64,000 bases of DNA from Paragordius varius (lineage: Eukaryota > Animalia > Nematomorpha), in assembly GCA_964247055.1 (NCBI GenBank), contig OZ176054.1, positions 10,044,001-10,108,000 on the forward strand, in the 5' to 3' direction. This document shows positions 41,860 through 53,689 of the stretch, one piece after another (positions within the stretch are counted from its first letter, which is position 1; the number at the start of each line of letters is the position of its first letter). The notes beneath the pieces are model-generated. The model was not told the DNA's origin. It did not search any database and saw nothing but the letters and a program-made list of their open reading frames with translations. Made by a program: the position numbers and the translations under genes.

Positions 41860-42048
41860 CTTTATTAAAAAAATTAAGCTGAAATGCGTACAAATATAAA
41901 AAATATATATTTTAATTTTCGACTTCTATAGTAAAGTCTTTATCGAGTCGAAAATTAAAATATATATTTTTTATATTTGTACGCATTTCAGCTTAATTTT
42001 TTTAATAAATTTCATAAATACAATGCGTAATTCTCTCAATTTTAATAT
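41860..42048. mobile_element. Hairpin element, second copy (~64-bp perfect stem, 21-nt loop, unique tail)
   Basis: The arm tttattaaaaaaattaagctgaaatgcgtacaaatataaaaaatatatattttaattttcgact is followed by its reverse complement. Flanked by aaaaatacct and aaaaatactt. Confidence 0.8.
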
Positions 42049-43096
42049 AAAAATACTTTGTTTAGTTAAAAACGTATCCTAATTTTAAAAATAAAAAAGA
42101 AAAAACCAAATGCTAATTTAAACTCAAAATTAGTCCTATGACCAGTCTAATAAAACGAGAATCAAAATAAATATTTATTATACCTTTTTTGCAAATACAT
42201 CCCTTCCATACTCCTCTTCCTTTAAAATTAAGTCTCTGAATTTTTTAAGTATTTTTTCGGGTAGGGTACGAGAGCGCATAACATTGATTGTCATAATTAT
42301 TATACATTATAGGTTAATATGGTCCTTGGGTCGAGCTCTATTATGTAAAATATCTTTCTGCACTCTAACGCGATTTGTAAAAGCTTAAAGCTCTACAAAT
42401 AAGTTTATTGCATACCCTTAATTGTGTTAAGACGCTTTTATTTAGCTTTGAGCCTATAAATGTGCATTTTCGCAAAAAGTTCATATTAAGTCGCTAAATA
42501 TTTCACATTTTGGCCAAGAAAGCAAAAAATCATAGGAATTTTGAAACATCATTTTTAGAGTAATTTTTTATTCAAAAAAATAATTTCATCACTACTTTCC
42601 ACTATTTATTTGCATTTACATGTTGGTTTTGAAAGATATTTTTGGATAACGGTTAGCATTTAATAAACTTCAATGCGCTTCATGTCAAGCTTTTATATTT
42701 GTGTCGACCCCAACAGTAAAATTTGAAGCCATAATTTTGAAAACATGTAATAGCGTTTAACACCATTAATCTTGGGTCATTTTTCAAGTCTGATGAAAAT
42801 ATACAATTCATGATTTTATACCATATATATTTAAAAACTGCAATCTGGGGCCTTTCAGACTTTTATAAATATAAAATCAGCCGCTAGATATTAAATGATT
42901 TTTTATTAAATAAAAATTAAACTTGCAAATATTATGACAAAAAATAATTAGGAATTGTTTTTGATTAGACTTAGACCGAAAAACTCTACTAAACTGCATT
43001 CGAATAAATTTAATTTTTAAACGTAGGTTCTAAACCAAATTTATGGCCCCTCTTAGATGGGCTAATTCCTTAATAAATGCGCGCTGAGATTTTACG

Positions 43097-43430
43097 ATGA
43101 ATGAATGAATGTCAGCCTAGTTGATTATTCATCTTCCTGAACTCTATGGACACGTTTTTAGGTTGATTTGTCAGTGGATAAGTTGATCAGATTGGAGATT
43201 GTAAGGTCGGTGTCCTCCATTAATTGTTACTATCTTTTTCTGGGCCTGGCTCTTTTTCTCATACCCTCTACCTGGCTCAGTATAAGTGTTTCCAATTTAT
43301 TATTACGAACGTGTCCAAAGTAGCTTGGTCCCAGTTTTTTTATATTGCAGCAATAGGTCTGGGGGTTTATTGTTTGCAAATCAATTTATCAGATAGTTTG
43401 TCTAAAAAACACCATTTTTATTAAATTCCA
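43097..43430 (-). mobile_element. RTE-clade LINE 3' fragment
   Basis: Minus-strand KLSYFGHVRNNKLETLILSQVEGMRKRARPRKR is the typical RTE C-terminus. It is followed by a 3'UTR ending in (CATT)n. Confidence 0.75.
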
Positions 43431-45097
43431 TGTTCTAATCATTTATATTACCTCAGATTTTTGATTTAACAATGTGGGCTTCAAATTTAAAATGATTTTA
43501 CTTTAATAAATCTACAAAACGTCTTTTAGTCAAAAGTAGGCGATAAAAATGTTCAGCATCATCGAATATAGAAAATTTTATAAAAATCTTGGATTATTTT
43601 TTTTGTTTCCACGATGCTTCAAAACTTGTTAAAACTCGCTTTGCTTTAAATTAAATTTTAAGCAAAAATTTTTTCGGAAAAGTTTATTCATGTCAAAACT
43701 ATAGAGCATATTAAAATTTTTTATTGCGCATTATCGGCATTTTTGTGTTTATTTTTAAAAAACTTACCCATTTTAGACGGGTACTTTCGGATCCAACTTC
43801 TTAATAATTTATAAAAATATTGTTTATCTTTTTATATATAGTTTTATATAAATAGATATTTTTGGAATGAAGCATTTAGCTATCATCAAAAATTAATATT
43901 TAGCAAAATGTGGGCAGATTTCGCCAATTTGTGATATTAAGGAGTTATTAAAAGTAGATAACCCTCTTACACCCCTACCTAAAATCAAAAGCACAATTAA
44001 AATATGTTAAATTTATATATCAAAAATATTTCATCAGGAGGAAGAGTGTTTATGTGTGCTTCAACAAATTCTTACCAAAATTTCTAATGTTTCCTCATCA
44101 AAATAATTAAACATATATCAAATTTTAAATATTTAAATTTATATAAATGTTATTAATTGTCTGCTATTTCTATTATTAGTAATAAAATATAGCTTATAAA
44201 TCGTATAAAAATACTTTTTTGTCATTTTTATCACGGTTTTCAAAAATATCTTCATATCGCCGCATTAAAAGCGCTATATTACACTGCACCCACGTCTTCT
44301 TTTTTACATAAATTTAACAAATTTTGAAAGCGAAGCGTCATTAAATTAAAACTTGAAGCGCTAGAATAGTTAAGCGTCATCGAATTATACGGAAATTTTT
44401 TTTTAATATAAGCGTTGCGATACCGTTTCCATCATGACTTAAAATAGCATATATTCGCTTCATCAAAATTTTGTTAAAAAATATGCATTTTTAATAGTTT
44501 TTATACTTTATATCAAAATTTAGCATATTTTAAATTTTAATTGGACAATGCGAGTATTTTTGCTTGAAGAAGATTAGCCCATTTTAGAATAGCAGAAAAT
44601 TTGAGGCTCTCGGAGCTTATATCTCAAATTTAGAAATTAACAATATTGTTTTGCTTTTTACATGCAGTTTATAATATATTTCATTATTTTTAGGAATGAA
44701 GCCCCTGTTTCACTAAAAAATTTTTATATAAAAAATTTGCGCAAATTTTGCCATTTTCTGATATGGATATCTTACCACAAATATATATATATATATATAT
44801 AATTCATAAATCACCCAGGGATAAAGCCAAAACCATGATAACTGATACATTTTCCTATCTGATTATATATATATATATATTTCTTCAGTTATTTTTTATG
44901 GACATTGTTTCAGATTTTCTTATATTACAAGGTGCAGTAAAATGCTTTATTTTATAAATATATAAAATTTGTTAGCTAAAATCTGCAGAATAAATATCAA
45001 AAACGCAGTAATTTAATTCTCTATTAGCCAAATCAAAAATCCCATTCTTGTTGCACATTGGAACTAATATGCAACGCGATTAAACTTTTCGCTAACA

Positions 45098-45720
45098 TAC
45101 CATTTGCACTTAAAGAGTGTCCTTAAACACTTCAAGAGTGTGTTAAACACTTCAAGAGTGTCCTTAAATATTTCAAGTTGGTCCTTTAACACTTCAAGTT
45201 GATCCTTGATCACTTCAAGTTGGTCCTTTAACACTTCTTTGTCCTTAAAATTTTTATTTTTACTTAATCATAATTTTTGCATTTTTATTTTATTATTATT
45301 TAACCTAATTTTCTTTATTTTTTTATTTAGTTAAAAATAAAAATATTCAAAAACCACTTTTTTGTTTCAATCTATTTTATTCCAATTTAACAAAATTATT
45401 AACTTTTAAATGTTTTCAATAAAAAATTTTAAATAATATCCCAGAAAACTTATATGTTTTTTAATTAAGTGTTGAATTCTTATAAATATTTAAAATAATT
45501 TTAAGAAATCTATAAAGATATACGGTGATAAACTTATATTAAATATATAAATTAATTTAAAAACAATAAAAGAAATGAATAAAATACGTATTTGATTATA
45601 AAAATTAAAAACCAAACAAAAAATCAAAGGACCAGCCTAGTGTTCAAGGACCAACTTGAAGTGTTCAAGGATCAAATCGAAATGTTCAACTTGAGGTGTT
45701 GAAGGACCTCTTGACGTGCT
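45098..45720. mobile_element. 21-bp-periodic MITE, further copy
   Basis: taccatttgcacttaaagagtgtcc plus cacttcaag units on the left, and reverse-complement units at 45625-45715. Confidence 0.65.
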
Positions 45721-45809
45721 AATCGTATATCAGAAAAGTGTTTCCGTCGATCAACAATTTTACATGCTACCTCATACACTTGTTCCAGTTAGTAATAATC
45801 GTTTAATAA

Positions 45810-48800
45810 CACTGTGACACAACTTTTTCTGGGCATGAATTTTTAAATATTTTCTGATTCCTTATGGTATTGTGATCATATTTACGTAAAAATTTTTTTA
45901 CTTACCCAGGTCGTTTTCGAGATATGGGACTTTTTCCATATTTGGACATATTTATAATTTTCTCGTTTTATATCTTTTTCGCTAAGTAAACAAATAATAT
46001 GTGGCTTAAAATACAAATTTTATTATAGACCATCAATTTTTTAAAATAAAAAAAATTAACTCAAAATATTCAATACTTTTTGTTACAGGGGGCAAAAACC
46101 CTCAAAAACGGGGGAAGTTAACATTTTTTGGCACAAATATTTTTCATCATCTTATTAAATGGAAACACATTTTATTTTATGTTCTTGGATGTTAATAATG
46201 TTTGTTTAATTATAAATATCATTGTGTAATAGCTTTGTGGACTTTAATTTTTAAAAATAAATTTAATTTTTACAGCTTTTTTGCTGTTTTTTTTATGTAA
46301 AAAATGATTTAATTTACTCAGCTGCATATAATATATTCTTTATTTCATATGATATTTTTAAATATTTCCCACACCTAAATATACTCTATATCAGCTTTTT
46401 CATCAAGAATATATTATTATATACCCAAAATGTACAAAAAATATAATACCCAAGTATATATATCTATATATATATATATTTATAAATTTAAGATGGACAA
46501 AAATATTGTTTGCCATATATGTGGGCAATACACAAAAAAACTATTAGTATAAACATTACCACTTACATAAAAAAACTATTTTGTTATATTATGGGGAACC
46601 TAGATTTGGGTCCCGAACACCAATGCAACCCAAAGAAAAAGCGGCATAGATGCATTGCGAACTTTTTCTCAAAATTTTTTAGGAAATTTAAAAATAACTA
46701 CCTGGAAATAGTTAATCGACTCTTTCTATAGGATGGATATGTCTGTTATAATACACATGTTACTTAAACATTTATATTCTTTTTTATCCAAAAATATAGG
46801 ACGCCGCATGAATCCAAAGCTACATATGGTGAAATTTCATTGTGTTCTCAAAGACGCCAACAGAAAGAGCCAAGGGACATAATTTTGAATCTTTCGAAAA
46901 AACTATTGAAATAATATAAATTTAATTTGCAATTATATATATAATAAATAAATTATTATTTTATTTTACTTTCATTTAAAATCAAGATAGATTAGTGTCT
47001 TTTCCAAAATATACACTTTTAATATTAACTCTAATTGAAGCATTTAATGAGGATTTGCGTCTAATTCAATATATAATTCTCATTGAAAGTGTACGGGGTT
47101 TTAATTGAGATGGACGAGGCTTTTGACAGGATTCCTAGATAATCTATTTGGTAAAGTCTCCGTCTAAAAGGTCCCAGAAAGTTATATCAAGTTGTTACAA
47201 ATAATGTACGAATCACACACCTCCAGGATTAAAACTCCAAGAAGGCTTATAAGAGCTCTTTTCAATAAAGCAAGGAGTCTACGAAGGTCATCACTCAGCC
47301 CCTTATTGTTTATAATTTGTATGGACGAGATAGCCAAGGTCGTTAATGTATGCAAATGACAATGATCTTGTCTGATTCATTGGCTGAGTTAAAGCAAACG
47401 GTAAACAGATGGGTCATTATACTGAATCAATACGGTGTGAAAGTAAACAAAGCAAAAACCGAACTTATTACTTTTGAGGGTCCACAACTTGAAATGAAAG
47501 TAGTTGGGTTCTGAAGGGTAAAGAAAGTTGCAAATATTTGGGGGCAAGTTAAGTTCGGTTGGATCGTTGACGGATGATATTTATTTAAAAATAAAGAGCA
47601 GTTGGATAAATTGCAAAATTTCAAGCCTGTTGATCTATTGATGTTAGAGTGAAAGGTAAGATATACAGTTCAGTTGTTCAACCCACAATGATGTATAATT
47701 CACAGACCTGGGGTGTCAAAAAATCAGAAGAAAGACATTTCAACGTGACTGAAATGAAATGCTTAGAATGATGTGTGGGGTAACTAGAAAGGACAGAATC
47801 GAGAATAGATATATTTATGGGAGCAAGATATTAAACCAATAGTGGAAAGAATGTCAAAAATAGTGTACGTTGGTTCGGGCACATTGAAAGGAGAGATTCT
47901 AATTATATTGCAAAAATAATTGATAGTCATATAGTTGAAGGAAAACGAGGACGTGGGTGGCCTAAATCGAAATGGGTATTCGGTAAAAAGAGTTAGCAGA
48001 ATACGAGCTTAATGCAGAAGACGCCATAGCTAGACTACTATGGCGAGACAGGTTGTATAAAATGACCGCTCTCACGAGTGAAAACATGTAATTTAATTCT
48101 TCAATTAATTAAAGTGAATATTAACTAAAGTGTATATTTTGGTCAAAAATACACTAATCTATCTTGATTTTAAATGAAAGTAAAATAAAATAATAATTTA
48201 TTTATCACATATATAATTGCAAATTAAATTTATATTATTTCAATAGTTTTTTCGAAAGATTCAAAATTATGTCCCTTGGCTCTTTCTGTTGGCGTCTTTG
48301 AGAACACAATGAAATTTCACCATATGTAGCTTTGGATTCATGCGGCGTCCTATATTTTTGGATAAAAAAGAATATAAATGTTTAAGTAACATGTGTATTA
48401 TAACATACATACCCATCCTATAGAAAGAGTCGATTAACTAATTCCAGGTAGTTATTTTTAAATTTCCTAAAAAATTTTGAGAAAAAGTTCGCAATGCATC
48501 TATGCCGCTTTTTCTTTGGATTGCATTGGTGTTCGGGACCCAAATCTAGGTTCCCCATAATATAACAAAATAGTTTTTTTATGTAAGTGGTAATGTTTAT
48601 ACTAATAGTTTTTTTGTGTATTGCCCACATATATGGCAAACAATATTTTTGTCCATCTTAAATTTATAAATATATATATATATATACTTGGGTAATATAT
48701 TTTTTGTACATTTTGGGTATATAATAATATATTCTTGATGAAAAAGCTGATATAGAGTATATTTAGGTGTGGGAAATATTTAAAAATATCATATGAAATA

Positions 48801-49347
48801 AAGAATATATTATATGCAGCTGAGTAAATTAAATCATTTTTTACATAAAAAAAACAGCAAAAAAGCTGTAAAAATTAAATTTATTTTTAAAAATTAAAGT
48901 CCACAAAGCTATTACACAATGATATTTATAATTAAACAAACATTATTAACATCCAAGAATATAAAATAAAATGTGTTTCCATTTAATAAGATGATGAAAA
49001 ATATTTGTGCCAAAAAATGTTAACTTCCCCCGTTTTTGAGGGTTTTTGCCCCCTGTAACAAAAAGTATTGAATATTTTGAGTTAATTTTTTTTATTTTAA
49101 AAATAAATTGATGGTCTATAATAAAATTTGTATTTTAAGCCACATATTATTTGTTTACTTAGCGAAAAAGATTTAAAAACAAGAAAATTTTAAATATGTC
49201 CAAATATGGAAAAAGTCCCATATCTCGAAAACGACCTGGGTAAGTAAAAAAATTTTTTACGTAAATATGATCACAATACCATAAGGAATCAGAAAATATT
49301 ATGAAAAAACGCTCCAGAAAATTGACCCCATATTTTGTCGCACAGTG
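45810..49347. mobile_element. Fold-back element: two ~1.24-kb inverted arms (45810-47040 and 48099-49347)
   Basis: The arms are near-exact reverse complements, and the 73-aa ORFs 46510+ and 48418- differ by one residue. Outer termini cactgtg/cacagtg have degenerate TA flanks, which suggests Tc1/mariner. Confidence 0.9.
47049..48090 (+). mobile_element. 5'-truncated RTE-clade LINE fragment inserted at the palindrome apex
   Basis: Degraded RT motifs EAFDRIPR, SSLSPLLFII, MYAND, WFGHIER and EGKRGRGWP. Flanked by a candidate 7-bp TSD atttaat (47042-47048 and 48091-48097). Confidence 0.85.
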
Positions 49348-49589
49348 TAATAAATAAAGCTGTGTAATAGACCTCTCAAAATACTAGATAACAAATTTTT
49401 CTGTCATTTGAGCTTTTCAAATTTTATGATATTACCATGTTAACAGTAAATATGAAATAGAAATTATAATTTCCCCTAAGAATTTTGTATAATTTGATTT
49501 TAAGATAATGCGCTCTCTTTACCAATATTTTATTATAAAATGTTTTTTTTTAAATTTCTAACAAATGCCCAATGTACCTTAATATTTTT

Positions 49590-50470
49590 ATCGATAGTTA
49601 ATATTGGACATATGAAGCGAACCTGGTAAGCGAGAGTGTTTTTCTTATTTAATATAATAAAATTAAAACCTTGTGTAGATAGCATGAATGTTAAAAGATA
49701 ACAGAAATTTTATTAGATTAAAACACTTATTTATTGCTTTTTCATCCAAAACCCTTTTAAATTTTTTTCTTTAATAACCATCTCATCAATATTAATATAA
49801 GAGGCTTTTAGTATCAAAATTTCAAAGATTAAAAACAAAGTTTAATGTATTAATCTTTAATAGTCATTTTTTATAACTTACAGTTATAACTATACATTTT
49901 AATATCCAATAGGTAAAATATTTTTGATAATAATAATTTTTATCAAAAAAGCAAACCAAATGCTTTTCAAAGATTTTTATAAATTTTATATTAACGCGAT
50001 TCAGATTTTATTATTGACCCTTACACTTTTAAACCATTTTCGATTTTCTCTCATTTAACACTTAGTCGTCAAATAAAATTATTTATGGCAAAATTCACTG
50101 TAAGCTATCTCATGCAAAATTTTTTTTACCACAGTATATATAATATATATATATATATATATAACTACATGCAATAATAATACCCTTTTTGTTGTATATA
50201 CTATTTGGCAATAATTAATAACTCTCTAGCAATTTATACTTACTCATACTGTAAATCATCGAATTTTCAAACCGCATTTTTGCTTGTGGAAATGCATTGA
50301 TATAAAATAAATGGTAAACTTTTATTTTTGAAAATTTCGAGTCTAATATTAAATATTGGCCAAAAATTATCGATAAACCCTAATAATAAAAATTCTTAGG
50401 AGTTGGACCAATTTTTTTCATATATCACAATTGAAGTCCTTATGAAGCAATTACCTATTTAAAAAATTAT
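49590..50470 (+). repeat. Dispersed AT-rich repeat, copy 1
   Basis: Colinear with 53690-53956 plus 56392-56960, sharing agttaatattggaca, ccatctcatcaatattaata and ggccaaaaattatcgataaac. Confidence 0.7.
49990..50136. mobile_element. Terminus of a TACTGTGG-ended element abutting (TA)n
   Basis: Reverse complement of 61244-61410. Confidence 0.7.
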
Positions 50471-50604
50471 TTCGGGAAAATTATATATATTTTAATAAAT
50501 ATCTCAATTCTGGGGTTGTGTCCGGCATAACTTTGCAGAGAGGGCTTTTTATGTGGCGCATTTCACATAGTATGGGTTTACATAAGAGATAATAAACTGA
50601 ATTT

Positions 50605-50817
50605 CTAGTCAATGAGAGAAATGATTTCATTTCCTCTAGTCTTATGAACTTTACAATTCTGTTATTTATCTCAAAGTGTCAAAAATATAAATCTTATAAT
50701 TTTTTATTGTGCCAAATACAATAGACTTACCATCAACACGCAGCGGCACAGGACCATCTGTGATTTATGCGGTTCGTGAGTTTTGAAGTCGAAATATGCA
50801 AAAATTTTTCCCGAAAT
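50605..50817 (-). CDS. Candidate last two exons of an unidentified gene
   Basis: Exons 50817-50731 and 50658-50605, both phase 0, with a strong gtaagt donor. They encode ISGKIFAYFDFKTHEPHKSQMVLCRCVLM|NCKVHKTRGNEIISLID*. Upstream exons were not found. Confidence 0.3.
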
Positions 50818-52287
50818 CTTAGAAAAAATAGATATTTTTTGAATTTTTATACTAATTCAATCCAATTGGCAAGAAATAGAAAAAAATTGTTAGATTGCAT
50901 TTGCAGTCTTGTGTTGCAAAGCTAGATTTGAAATGTGGCCCGCGAAGCCATTTGTATTAAACGTCTGTTAGATAAACAAAGGTATAAAATGTAATATTTA
51001 TTCGGTTTTTTTGTGCTTTATATATACTATTTTTAGGTGAACACATCAATAAAATTTCGAGTTACAAAGGATATGATATTTACATAGTACAAAAAATATA
51101 AAAATAAGACAATGCAAATCTCACAGAAAATTATAATATACAAACAAATTATATATTTAAAATTTGCATGTAACAACGTCCCAGATTTAAATTATTCATT
51201 TTCCTCTTATCTATTTTGGTACCTTCTATAGGATTAACCGTAACAGCAACCATATAAAAACGAATCTGATGTGTGAGATTTTAGAAAGGTTTCGGTTTTG
51301 CTTGAAAAAAACCACTTGGATCCTGTTATAGATTTTTAACGGCATATTTAAATCAGTTCTACTTTTTTCGCCCTGGTTTGAAGCCATGTTTTAATTATTA
51401 ATGGCTACGACGAATTTCAACAACAGCTGATTGCTGAAAAGATGTTTTTCTTTGGGGTTCACAAATAGATCTTATTACTCGATTTTGAAAGCTACTAGTT
51501 GTTTAAATCACAAATATCTTTTTTTTTCAAACATACCTCCATACGGTATGTTTTTCGCGTAAATTAAAGCTTAAGCATTATATACAAATAATATTTTATA
51601 TCTGATTACGCTTTTGAATAGAAAAAAAAATCGTTATATAATAATGACATCATATTAGATATTTACTATATACAAGCCATAAATATGATGTAAACTTACA
51701 TGGGTGATTTCTATATAATTATCAAATGAAGGTCAAAAGATTGCCATACTCCCTAACGCATTTAATATTTTGCTTAATCAGTAATTTTTTTCATCATTTA
51801 AAGCAAATATTGATCGACGAAAACATCGATATAGAGCCTGGATATCTGTAAAATATATCATAAAATTTTTATTTCACGCAATGATATTATTCTTATACTT
51901 GGCTTTTATATTTTCCGTTAAAGGTAATATTTCATGTGTTTTTAAAGATAGCATTTTAAAAAAATGTTACAAAGTCAAATATTTTAAACTTAAAATATAT
52001 TACATTAATTTTTTTGGAAAACTTGAAGTTTTAATTTAACATTCAAAGCACTTCTTTTAAAGCTTTGTGTCTTCAGATTATTTTAAGGCAAAATATGAAA
52101 GTAACATCATTAATATGATTTTGAGGTAATTTTTTAAAGGCGAATTTCGAAGTAACTTAACCATCATATATTGGGTCAAAATAATAAATATACCTATGGT
52201 TGTTGCGCGCGTTATAAAAATAATACTTTTAAATAATTAAAAATTGTAAAGACACCCAAAAAACTTTTAGCCAATTTTTTTTATATA

Positions 52288-52569
52288 TACCATTTACAAT
52301 TCAAATTCACCCTAAATAAATTGTGTGGGGCTAATAACTCATTATTAATATGAAATAAATCTTAATGTCAAGTTTATTATTTTTTCAGTATTATTTTCAT
52401 TAAATTTATTTTTAAAAATATAAAATATAAATAATTTTAAATCTTAAAAAACACTTAATTTATTTTAGGATGAATTTATAATTTCGAGGCAAATTTGGAT
52501 TGTTAGAGGGTGAATACGAATTGTTCAAGGGTGAATTTTCAAGGGTAAATATGAACTGTAAATACTATA
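52288..52569. mobile_element. Small TA-flanked MITE
   Basis: taccatttacaattcaaattcaccc on the left and inverted gggtgaat...tgaactgtaaata on the right. Confidence 0.55.
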
Positions 52570-53024
52570 CTTAGAAAGTTTGCAAGAGGCCTCGTTTTTA
52601 AAAAACCTAGGTTTTGAATATTGGTCGTGCCCATAATTTACTTATGCTGAACTTAAAGGATAAATTATATACTCATTTAACAGTTTGTTTGGTTTAAAAT
52701 TTTACCTATATCATAATGTAATTATATAAGGTCGTATATATTATATAATGTATTCAGTTTGTGACATATAATATGTGTTGAAAGGATTAATATAATTTTG
52801 AATTCAAAAATCCTGATAACAGCCTTCCTTACTTACCAAGCATTTTTTAAATAAAATTTGTTGATATCTTTTGAATTGTAGCCCAATTAACATAAATATT
52901 TGTTTGATTATATCAAATTTCAGTTTACACCACTCATTCATGAGCTGATTTAAATATCGTTTATTAAAAAAGATGAATAAAGTTTAATGGCTATATATAT
53001 ATATATATTATATTCATTTTTTAG

Positions 53025-53210
53025 GATTGTATGTTGTGGATAGTCCCATTTATTTTCTTGATCATTTGACCTATGGACCCTATTACCAGAAAAGCTACGT
53101 TATTCTCTGGCGCGATGCAAAATTTACTGTCAACGATATTATTAATAAAAAATTATACTCACATGTGGCTTTGGCTCTGAAAATAGTACCGATGAAAATT
53201 GCTCAAGAAA
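53025..53210 (+). CDS. Candidate internal exon resembling the start of a reprolysin/ADAMTS (M12B) catalytic domain
   Basis: tttttag acceptor and A|gtattt donor, phase 1-1, with only one open frame. LYVVDSPIY..H..YQKSYVIL..VNDII..KLYSHVALALKIVPMKI resembles LVVxD..H..YVL..N.V..LY.HxSL..I.I.V.KI. Confidence 0.4.
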
Positions 53211-53689
53211 GTATTTAATTTAATTATGGTATTCGCTAATGAAAAAAGATTATAGAACGGTTTAGGACTTTAAACAAAATTTATCAATGAACATTTCATA
53301 TTGATATAGTAATTGACTTTTTTACTTTTCCTTGTCTCTTTCCGCAAACAAATAAGTTTCTCTAATAACCGATTAAATTGGGTTTGTAACTATTTATGAT
53401 GCTTGTTCTTATTGCACGTTGCGCAGCAAAAAATAAATGATAACACTGGACAACAAATTTTTCTGCCACTCGATATTTGCATTTTCTGATATTTAGTATC
53501 ATTTTAACAGTAAATCTGAAATATAAATTATGACTCGATGGAAGAATTTTGTTTGATAATTATGCGCCCTCTTTATAATTTTACTAAAAAATTATTTTCT
53601 TTGAAAAAACACAAGTAATGCTTATTTGTAATATATCATTCGAAAGAGTAATAAAAACTCTATAAAATGCATACTAATATGTATTACAT

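Noticed and set aside
46510-46731. Twin 73-aa ORFs (with 48418-48639) as a duplicated gene
   Set aside because: A by-product of the inverted arms, with a TTG start and low-complexity composition.
52126-52139. Apparent 14-nt GT-AG intron (gtaattttttaaag)
   Set aside because: Too short even for known micro-introns, and the downstream frame hits a stop within a few codons.
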